Source: Octopus bimaculoides
Lineage: Eukaryota
DNA: 64,000 nucleotides
Assembly: GCF_001194135.2 (NCBI RefSeq)
Contig: NC_068987.1
Span: 47,654,164-47,718,163, forward strand
Reading direction: 5' to 3'
Part shown: positions 1-11,040 of the stretch, piece by piece
Position numbering within the stretch: position 1 is the stretch's first letter
How the letters are laid out: each line of letters opens with the position of its first letter
Notes under the pieces: generated by a model
What the model was told of the DNA's origin: nothing
The model's input: the letters and a program-made list of their open reading frames with translations, nothing else
Databases searched by the model: none
Translations under genes and position numbers: made by a program

Positions 1-1743
1 TTGTTCGTGCCTTATTTGGGGTCATAATTGGATAAATTGAAATGATGAAATAAAACACACATGCAAGATGTAATAGCTTCTGAGCTATGAAGAACTTCAA
101 AGGTCAGTCAGCATCTGAAAGACAAATCTCTCTCTGGATAGGATGCCAGCCTATCACAAGTGACTTTTTGAAATGGTTTAATATTTCTCTTTCCTTATTT
201 ATCTATCTATCTATCTATCTATCTATCTGTGTGTGTACTCAATAGAGCAAGGTCAACTGAAACCAAAAGTGTATTACCTAAATATATAAAGAACTACCTT
301 TAAAAAATTTCAAAGATAAAACCTTAGAAGGTAACAGCCCAATACCATATCCACTTAGCATTTGTATGCTGTCACAAGTGCTGTAATGTGTTTCTAGATC
401 AGAAAAAAACTTTTCAATGCTCCAGACTATCTGTCTAAATGTAGGTGTCATAGCTAGACAGAGTCCACCACAATAAGTATGGAAGAGTTGGGATGGTCTT
501 GTCTATCAGACAAGCATTTTGTTAGCTTCAGTGCCAAGCTCAAATCCTGTTGCTAGCATAAACTGGAATGTTAAGTATTGCCAAGCTAATTTTCCTGAGA
601 CGCCCAATACAGAAGCAGGATGTGGGGGGAAGTAGTGGTCATGTCTCCCTGACTCCTTAGGTCACACCATCAAACTTTAATTACTTCCTTCATCAATCAG
701 CTACTTAACTATCTATTAGGAAATGTAATATAAACATGAACAAAAAACTAGAAACTAAAAGAACACTCAAAACAAATTTATAGAAGAACAAACTACGAAA
801 AAAAAACTGGATGAACACTCAATAATATCAAATATGAAGAAAAAATAAACTCTAAAGTAAAATTATAAAATATAAAGAGTTTCAACTTTCCATTTTTTTT
901 TCTTTCCTTTCTTTTCTCTGGAGATCTTCATTGGAATTTTTCTAAAATATAATTATTTGTAATATACAAAGGTTGGTAGTGCTTAAACCTTTGGCTAAGC
1001 TCTATAGAAAAAGAGAGCAGCAACAGTACCAATAAGTAAAAAAAAAAAACTAAAAAAAACACCTAATTACAATGAATAAAAAGATGAAAATTGAGAAACT
1101 TTCTATATAAAAAACCGACCCAAAACATGAATTTGTGTATTTTTGCTGGACTATAGTAAAAAAAAAAAAAAAAAAAAGTGTGTGTGTGTGTGTATAGAGC
1201 TTTACAAATAAAATGACAAGAATGTATATATGCATGTTTGTAGGAATATACAAAGATGCGTGTACAAAAAGGCTACAAATGTATATCCATATCAGAACAC
1301 CTGCATGTATGTTTGCTGAAAGTACCAAGTTCATCAGAAAGTAGTAGAGAATAGAAGAGGAAGTAGAAGGAATGTTCCAGAAACCAGAGCAACACCTGGC
1401 CAGGACTTACTTTGCTCAATTACAGCAGGGATTGCACCATTTGCATCTGCCTCTTCTACCACAAGAGATTTGTTGTTTTTCTTTTTTAGTATTAGCTGGC
1501 CATTCCAACCATCCTCATCAATACTCATACATACACCCATCTGTATTATATTGACAGTATTTCTTCTGAAACTGGCTTTATTCTTTGAAACAGGAATTCA
1601 TTAAAAATGTCAGTTAAAACCCTCAGACCTCCACAAAAGAAGATATGGAGAGAAAAAAAAAAGGGAGGGGTGCCATCTTTTGTACTACCACCACAAATAT
1701 AAAATCTTATTAGGAAATGATGAAGTACTATACAAGTCATCTT

Positions 1744-1780
<37 letters not shown>

Positions 1781-2459
1781 TAAAGCAGTTTATATATCAA
1801 GGTAAGTCAAAATCTCAAGACATGATTATTAAAAATACAAATTTACTACATTATCATAAATGTCATTTGTCATACCAAATGACAGCATAACTGCCAGAGC
1901 TTGGCTATGGATAATGCTTGTCTGTTCTTAGCAAGAAGAAATCAACTTTTTATATATATATATATATGTGTGTTTGTGCATGTAATTTGAATAATCAAAT
2001 ACACTATTTCATGTACTGAATGTGGGCACAAACATTTTCATCATATAATTTAAAATATGTATAACCCTAGCTTCAACTCTAAGCCACCTTGTAGATGGAC
2101 GAGAGAAACCTGAGAAAAAGAAAGTGCAACACTGTATACTGCCTTCTCTAATTTTGTCTTTTTCCTAATATTTATTTACCAATAAAAAAAAAAGGCAGAA
2201 ATTTAAAAAAAATTCCTGGAGTTAATTGGAAATTGAAAGACCACCACATTTTTGACTACGCTATAACAGAAAGTATGTATCATCATGATAACAGTGATAT
2301 CTGGAAAATATAACTACCAGACCATTACATTGTATATTTTTAAGATCAATAAAATATAATTGGAAGATAACTAATTTAATATCATGATTTTTCTACAATA
2401 ACTGAACCAAATTGAAAAAAAAAAAATCTAAAAGATAAATTTTTTGGGAGGGGACTATT

Positions 2460-2744
2460 TTAACCTTTTACCTACCAGTGATCTCATATGAGATCACTTA
2501 AAAATTACAAATTTCGTAATTATCTGTCAATATTTACACATACCTAACCTTTTTGCTAAATCTACTAGGTATATTTCTCTGATATTCAAATGAGGTTTGC
2601 TAATTTTTCACCCAATATCTCGCTTATTTCTATTTAAAATGTTATTTTGATAATCCCAGCGCGTTTCTAAGGCTGTTTTATGCTAGAAATCAAAGTTTCA
2701 TAAAAAAATTCCAGTTAATAGAATTATGGGAGGTAATGGGTTAA
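2460..2744. mobile_element. piggyBac-like non-autonomous element (MITE)
   Basis: TTAA at 2460-2463 and 2741-2744 flank imperfect terminal inverted repeats: CCTTTTACCTACCA versus reverse complement CCCATTACCTCCCA. Confidence 0.5.
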
Positions 2745-3600
2745 ATCCTAAATATAATGAACTTATTGTATACAGTGCTCAGGTGCAAAAGAAAGATAGA
2801 TTTGATCCAATATAAATTAAGAAAGCAAATGCAAGTGCCAGCTTTTGTCCTATCATGAGGGGTATATTTAATATATACAATTATTGAATTTTGGTGAAGT
2901 TATTATACACCTTACATAATATATAGTTACAATGATAATTATATTCACTTTTAGTTGATTATTTCATAAAAGGTAAACAGTGGAGTGTAATATATATATA
3001 TATATGTATGTAATAATATTACAGAATGAGAACATAAATGTGAATATATATGCATGTGTTTTCAAGACTGAAGCAATTTGACTTAGTCCTAAGACACAAC
3101 AGGATCAAATCACTTGCCAAATCAGTGTAACAAGAATATACAACATATTCTATGAATAATTGTTGCTTAATGTTAAATAAATCTGAGGTAAAACTCTAAT
3201 AAAAAAGAAAAAAAAATCAAGTATCAGATATAATGGATCAGTGAGTGAAAATTACAAGTTCACTTAATGACAAAGTTCTTATTGTGTATACACAAACAGA
3301 TGTATACAGACACAATGTATACAAATATGCATTGTGCTAGGAATCTGTCGAAGAGTATTTCTGGACTTAAAAAATTTTAGTCATCTAAAATCTATGGATA
3401 AACATCATCAGATGTACACAGAGAAAAGAAAGAATAAGGTAAGTAATCAGGCTTCTGCTATAAAAAGACTGGCCATTTTAAGTGTTTTATTTAAAAATTT
3501 GGACAAGAAACAATCATTCACTGTAACAAACATTATCACACAATTCATAGAATATACACTCACACATGCGACTTGTAATACAAAATACACTAGACACACA

Positions 3601-3601
3601 C

Positions 3602-3690
<89 letters not shown>
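3601..3690. repeat. (GT)n(GA)n microsatellite
   Basis: Direct reading. Confidence 0.98.
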
Positions 3691-3691
<1 letters not shown>

Positions 3692-4177
3692 ATTTAAAAC
3701 TCAAAAATCTTCATTAGGCTAGAAATACATATATGTATAAACACACACATATACGCAAACATATTAGCAATGAATCACAGTAAACATGTGCTTTACTATG
3801 CTTTTTCAATTTTGAGATCTGCTTTCAAGAAAGGAGCAGTCTGAAGTTCTAATTTACTGATTGTTGTAAATTTGAAACCTGAGTGAAAGCAGAATGTGCA
3901 TGCATTCGTGTACACACAAATGCATGTCCAAATGTCTAGCCTGAGACAAAGTTTTATGAGCAGCTAAATACAGCAGTGACTCACACAATCCATTCTCCAT
4001 CAAAATTTCTTAATTGTCTTTTGGTATATAGACTGCTTTGAAAAGTGTATAATATCCATACAACAAGGAATGGTCTGAGGAATAATAGTTGGCATTTTTA
4101 TTTGAAGGAATGTTTCCAACAGCAGGCAAATATGAGGTATAAACTGGGAGTAGCTAAACTCTATATGTGAGTGTGTG

Positions 4178-4180
<3 letters not shown>

Positions 4181-4260
<80 letters not shown>
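4181..4260. repeat. (TG)n microsatellite
   Basis: Direct reading. Confidence 0.98.
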
Positions 4261-4262
<2 letters not shown>

Positions 4263-6001
4263 TATATTATCTACAATGCTTATTAAAAGTACTAAAACAA
4301 TGCAGGTTTGATTTTTTGTTTTGTATAATTTTTTTCCCGTTTTTGATATTTTTCTCTCATCCCATTGTGTTACAATAATAATAATGGAGATTGGAACAAA
4401 ATTATGGGATTTCTTAGAAATATTCAAGAATTACTAAACATTTAAGATTGAATACCTATGGGAGAAGATGAGAAATAAAATTCCATTTAAAAAATAAGAA
4501 TTTCAAGAATCATTTCTTAAGTTTCATGGAACTCCCATTTATGAATGGAAATTCTTTAAATATTTGAGAAAATAAGAAAAAAATTCATTGCATTTCGAAA
4601 TATTCTAAATATATTTTTTTTTAAATCTAAAAAATTTGATATTTCATTTTGTCTTTGGTTGAGTTGAATGATTATTTCTATGATTTCATCAAATTTTTAT
4701 AGAAAACTTCAATCTCTTCAAAATTCTTACGTTTCTTATTTTCACCAACTGTCATACAGTTTTGGAGATCACTTTAGCTGTTTTTAACTGATTTCAGTGT
4801 TCCAATGGGGTTTATTTAATTGACTATTAAGAGATGAACAACAAAGTCAATCCTGGCAGAAGATGAAGTCAGAACATAAAAAGACACAGCTGAAGAATTC
4901 AAGGCCTTTAATCTGACACTATCATTTTTGCCATTCCACTTAGAAAGATAATTATTATTAGTGCAGTGGAATAGCAGAAACAGCAGAGCAATGGAAAAAA
5001 TATCTTGCAGTAATATTAGTTACATCATCCTGCATTCAAAGTCTAATGCCACCAAAGTAAACTTTGCCATTCAGTCTCTGGGGTAGATAAACAACTACCA
5101 ACTAAATACTAGTTGATGTAATTGACTGTCCCTCACCACTAATATGGCCTTGTGCCCATGTTAGAAATCATCATCATCATTATTATTATTATTATTATTA
5201 TAGCTCAATAAGAGAGGAAAAATTAAGAAACAACAATTTTGATTATATTTCAATAAATCTCATTGAATTGATTTGAATCCTATCTCAAAATTTTGAGCAA
5301 TTCAAGAAGGGAGGTGAAAACAATATGCTTGAATATGAGTGACCTATGAGTAATTAATTAGTATATATAATATATATGTATATATATATATATAATGTGT
5401 GTGTGTGTGTCTTTTGTTTCATTTTATAAATCAGGTAGGGAAAGGCATATGAAAAAATGAATCTTTAAAAAAAATCATTTTTTTTACTGGGGGAATGTAA
5501 GGTAGAGGGTGGGGAGCTTGTGGGGCATTTTATCTTTTCTTTTGTTCAGCCAATAGTCCAATAGTCCATTGTTTAAAACTATTCAGTAATCATAATATAC
5601 AGACATCATGACTTCATACATGCCATGGGAAGAGAATAGAATAGGGGAGGAGGGAGGAAACAAGTGGGGGAGGCAGTGTGTAAAATAGTGGTGATGGTGG
5701 GGTCACAAAGACAATGAAGACATACAGAAAGACAATGTGGACAAGACAAAGTATTTGTGACTTACCAAGTAACATTTTACCACCCGCTAATTAAATAAGT
5801 TGATTGAAATAAAACCTCTAATCCAGCCCCAAAAGAGGAAAATTAAGCGGATATTTTATTTGAGGTAGGAAGGATAGAATGATGAGGGAAGGGGCGTAGG
5901 ATATGAAGATGGCAAACAGATTTGGGGAAGCTTTTTCTTTCTTCCTAAACTGTATTTTTTCTCTAACCATCTCTTCTTTTTTACTCAAAAAGATAAAAAC
6001 A

Positions 6002-6043
<42 letters not shown>

Positions 6044-6357
6044 AATCATAAGTTTTCAAGACTAATATTTTGTCCTCCTCCCTTCTTTTACACCTGATTA
6101 ATACAAGCAACAATAAGTATGAGTAAGTAAGATGTCTTTTTTTTTACCACTCTACTCTTTTCTTTCCCATAGTTATAGAAGTTGAAGGTGGAGAGAACAA
6201 AACAAAAATAACAAAATTTTTTTAAAAACAAATCATAGGGCTGGTGGGCAAGGGTGTGGGAGAGCAGAGATCAAGCAGATAATCAGGCTGCAAAATGCTC
6301 AGAAGTAGTGGTTAATATAATGATTGGCTGATTCAGTCCGCATGACACAACAGCACT

Positions 6358-6390
6358 TCATTCCAATTGGTCGTTAGCGCCTTCCAGAAC
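6358..6390 (-). CDS. candidate alternative terminal exon of AP-1 sigma (VLEGANDQLE*)
   Basis: Strong acceptor cccctttttctctaaccattttacctag| with a ctaac branch-like motif. Phase-0 reading GTT CTG GAA GGC GCT AAC GAC CAA TTG GAA TGA. No transcript evidence. Confidence 0.45.
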   Translation of the reverse strand, partial: VLEGANDQLE

Positions 6391-7152
6391 CTAGGTAAAA
6401 TGGTTAGAGAAAAAGGGGTGTTTTTTAAAAACAACAAGCTTTCCATCGAACAATGAAATTTTTTTTTTTTTTGTTTTTATTCGACATCAAAATAACTTAA
6501 GAAAAGAAAGAGAGAAGATGCACATATGTACACATATAAATATATATGTATATTTTTATAAAAAAAAAAAGAAAAAAAAACATTATGCAAGTTCATGATC
6601 AGAAAGTACCTGTATGTTGAAGCTGTTTCTGTATGTATGTATGAATGTGTATATATATATATATGTGTCATTTAAAGAGCCAAGAGAAAGCTAGCGTCAT
6701 GGTTCATGCTAATATTGCACAATGCTTCAATGCGAGATTATTTGGTTTCAAATGAGATATACTTTGAAAGTTCTAGTTGTAAGAAAAGAGAAAAAACTGT
6801 GTGGACGTATGTATGTGTATGTATAAGATTCTTCCGATTTTCCAACTGTTGGTAGTTGTAGATATATATATATATATACACACATATATATATATATACA
6901 TCTTCCTTCAATAGAGCTCCAGGCAAATGGTGATAGTTGTTTATGCATATAAATCTAATCAGATCTTCCCACTATATGTCACATGTGCTGCATGTAGAAT
7001 GAGGGAGACAAAGAAAGAGAGATGGAGAGACAGAGACAGACAGACAAAGGGAGATATATATAAAGTTACGAGAGGGGCAAGGGTTAATGGGTAGCAAAAG
7101 CACGTAGTTTTTTTATTTTTTGTTTAAACACTGGTTTCATGCACGTCATGCC

Positions 7153-7197
7153 TCAACCTAAACCATGATCTTCAAAGAACCCCTGGGGTGTCTCCTC
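7153..7197 (-). CDS. AP1S2: AP-1 complex subunit sigma-1, canonical terminal coding exon (EETPQGFFEDHGLG*)
   Basis: Found by reading the sequence (absent from the ORF track): ttccgttatttctag|GAG GAG ACA CCC CAG GGG TTC TTT GAA GAT CAT GGT TTA GGT TGA. This matches the typical invertebrate sigma-1 C-terminus, is phase 0, and completes a 157-aa protein. Confidence 0.92.
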   Translation of the reverse strand, partial: EETPQGFFEDHGLG

Positions 7198-8026
7198 CTA
7201 GAAATAACGGAATAAATTATCAGAGATAATAACTTGAAAAAAAAAGTTTATTTTTAATAAATATTTTTTAAAATATACAGAAAAAAAACACCAATTTAAA
7301 GCATCTTAGCACTAGATAAGTTCATATATATATATATATGTATATATATAAAATTAGGGACCTGCTGTCTGGATAGCCAGTGCTTACTCAGACTGCAACT
7401 ATAAATACAAATAATTTCCAATTCTTTGAAATAAAATTCTTACTGAATGACTGCATAGAATTTAGTATTTAATTCAATAAATGAGGACTATTTTGATGAC
7501 AGGCAGCTACAATTAATTTCCACTTCCCTCTCAGTTTAAATGTATGAATATTAAATTCCACATGCTTGAAGTCCAGCTCCATTGCACTTAATATATAGTT
7601 TGAAATGAAGGCAGTAATCAAACGTGCACACTCTGAAAGTGTATGCATGTGTTTAATAAATAATCTCATTTTAAGAGACATTATTTCATTTAAGAGACAT
7701 TATTTCATTTAAGTTTATAAAATAGTTATTATATATATATATATATATATATATANNNNNNNNNNNNNNNNNNNNNNNNNNNNNNNNNNNNNNNNNNNNN
7801 NNNNNNNNNNNNNNNNNNNNNNNNNNNNNNNNNNNNNNNNNNNNNNNNNNNNNNNNNNNNNNNNNNNNNNNNNNNNNNNNNNNNNNNNNNNNNNNNNNNN
7901 NNNNNNNNNNNNNNNNNNNNNNNNNNNNNNNNNNNNNNNNNNNNNNNNNNNNNNNNNNNNNNNNNNNNNNNNNNNNNNNNNNNNNNNNNNNNNNNNNNNN
8001 NNNNNNNNNNNNNNNNNNNNNNNNNN

Positions 8027-8067
<41 letters not shown>

Positions 8068-8582
8068 CAGATTCAAAGGTCTAATGTAGGAAGTAAGCTT
8101 TGACCAGTCCGTCGTCGGTATTAAAAAAATCAATGTTCAGGAACAATTATAATTGGTTTCAAAGGTAATAGGCTTTCACCATATCAAAATTTGGTAAGCA
8201 GAAAAAGTTTGTTGATAGCTCCTGGTTAGCAACATGAGATGCTATGAAGGCAAATAAAAATCCCAAATTAACTCGCCAAAGAAAGATATTTCAAATTATA
8301 TCTGCAGCAAGTTGATTCCTTAATGACTATGTAACCTTCATATAATTACAGTATCTTCAGTCTGATGAGTAGCTAGTGGAGTACCCCTCATTGAGTAATT
8401 GTTACATTGAGGATCTGCTACCTGGGAAACATATATGTAGCCTGGATTTTACCTGCTCCACTTCTTCAATTTGGATATATGATTTATGTAAAGCACAAAT
8501 TGATTCATGTACTTTTCAGTACATAAATATTTTACTAACAGTATTCAGTTCTTATTTTTGCTGACATATACCCAAAACATAT

Positions 8583-8615
<33 letters not shown>

Positions 8616-9378
8616 ATATTTGTGAATGGGTATTACAAATTGCAAAGTATACTGAATGTATTTTTTCAACGTCCTGTACAACTACATTTCAGAGAGATCC
8701 TCAAGAACTGTTATGTGAAACTAGATGTAATTAAAAGTTTCAATTTCAAAATAAAACTCTATATACATGTGTGTGCTTAGTAAAATTAGAAATAAATAAA
8801 TAAATAAATCTATCTGTCTATATCTATATATATATATATCAGCTCACAACTTCTATTATTTTTTATGACTCACTGTTTTAGCTTTTTATAAACATGTATC
8901 TATATCAGACAATGCTTCATGCAAACTATATGTACGTGTGCACGTGTATGTGGGTGGGAGGAACATAAAGGTTTATCTTTGTGTGTGTTAACTGGAGATT
9001 TTTGTCCTGGGGTTCATATAGTTCCTGTGCAGACAAACTTTATCAGCAATCTTAAACACACTGATCACATGACAAGTCCCTTGGGACAATGAGAGAGTGT
9101 GACTTCACCTAACATATCAGAGAGGTCCCTTTTTTTGTTTTCCCAGAGGAAGATGTTTGTATGTATAAATGTATGGCAGGCCATTTAAGTCCTCTTATCA
9201 GCTCAAATATACTTGTTTAAAAAAATAATACCACTCATACTACCATACTACTCATAATACCATTCATTCTAAATTGTTTTGCCTCATCCTCTGTGTGTGT
9301 GTGTGTGGGGGGGGGAATGAACATTATTTTAAATTACTATTTACATTAATAGTCTCACTTTCAGCAAGAAGTTATCAC

Positions 9379-9446
<68 letters not shown>

Positions 9447-10856
9447 GATAATCAGTAGGACTTTGTTAGCAGTGACAATTGGTCTTACATTGAGAATAAA
9501 AACAAAATGTGTCTAGGTGAGCTACCAAATGTAAGGGAGAAATGTATTGAGGTAGGGCACTTCAATGGAAAATGAATACTGGTCTAAATCATCTCACAAC
9601 ACATTGCCAGACAGCTAATTTTTCTCACACACACACACAATGTAGCTTGCCTATGGTACATTCACAAATTCAACCAATCATGTTAGAATATACATGTTTG
9701 GTATCTAACATGGGTTGAGGATGTATGTGATCACACAAAATTTATTTCTAGCAATTTAAGCCAAAAATTCATTAAACACTAGAATGAAAAAAAAATATCC
9801 TAAAAGAAAAAGAAATCTTCACCAAAAAATTTAGATAAAAGAAAAACACCCCAAAACTCAATTCACTTCAAACCATGAAATACAAAAATTAAACATTTTA
9901 GTTTCACATTCAATTTACAAAGACAAAATATGGCTGTTTTTCAAAAGTCATGTGGCTGTAAGCTGGTTTCAGTATAATTATAATTAAAGTTTTTAATGTA
10001 ATCAGTGATATTAATCAATGCTGAATACTGCCATCATGATACTTGTCTTTGTTATATGTGGAGAATTTTTTTTCCTAACCAAAACAACTACATGACTTCT
10101 GGTCATTGATCTAAATAACTGCTAACAAATTAATTAGGAAGAAAGACAACAACAGAAAATTTGTTATAACAAAAAATATAAACATTAAAACTTGAATGTA
10201 ATATTGATAAATTCATGGTGAACCAACAAATACCAAGAAAACAAATAAAAATCCATACTATATGTATTTATTTAGTGAATCCTTACACTGGTACAAAGAG
10301 AGGTGGTCCAATGGATTAGAGTAACCCTTATATATGATTAGCACTTGAGTAATACTGACTATAGTATTTAAATCATTTATTATAATTCAAAAATGGGAGA
10401 AAATGGTTTGATAATAGGAAGAGTGTAGTATTTCCAGCAATATCTTTTGTTGAATTGTCAGAGACAAACCTTACTTGAAAGCAAACCAATTTATTCTATT
10501 TTTGAAATGTTTATACTCAATGAATGTCAATGTAGACCATTACTAGTTTCCTGGCACCACCATTTCTACCACAAGTTAATGGCTTCTTGCATTAGCATGG
10601 AGTAGATTTAGTTGATTGACCTGCACCTGGGACTTATTTCATCAATCCCAAAAGCAAGAAATGCAACATTGATAACAGTGAAATTTGAACTCAGAACAGA
10701 GAGAGCACAACTTAAGTAAAAAGGTAGCACACTACCATTTCTGTCAACTCTATATAAGTTAACTTAGGAAATACAACCAAACATGAAGATAACTTTATAA
10801 GTTAGCTCTTACATGGTCACAATTCCAATTTGACAGCTGAACTCAAAAATGACATC

Positions 10857-11040
10857 ATCATCATTACCATTTAACATCCATGTTCCATGCTGGCATGGGT
10901 TGGATGGTTTGACAGGACCCAACAGCAGGCTCCACTGTCCACTTTGGCATTGTTTCTGTGGCTGGTTGCCCTTCCTAACAGTGACCACTTTACAGTATGT
11001 ACTAGGAGCTTTTTTTGCCCCACCAGCACTAGTGAAGTCA
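10857..11040 (-). mobile_element. SINE/RTE-LINE shared 3' tail fragment ((GAT)n-ended family)
   Basis: catcatcat...tttaacatccatgttccatgctggcatgggttggatggtttgac...gcccttcctaac, homologous to 50901-51360, 29948-30060 and 58150-58450. Confidence 0.7.

Noticed and set aside
1620-1670. Pyrimidine tract plus GAG acceptor that, after the 21-nt microexon, would give a ...KCYLV* CaaX-like end
   Set aside because: GAG acceptors are rare, and the idea stacks two unverified splice events.
1470-1810. Plus-strand acceptor-like (1489) and donor-like (1801) sites
   Set aside because: The enclosed sequence has stops and a (CA)n tract; no other plus-strand exons found.
7388-7398. Possible 11-nt microexon (tttatag|TTGCAGTCTGA|gtaagc) just upstream of the last exon
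   Set aside because: Frame-shifting length and moderate signals; expected by chance in AT-rich introns.
10475-10495. Possible 21-nt exon NKLVCFQ in intron 4
   Set aside because: Acceptor is A-rich with no pyrimidine tract.
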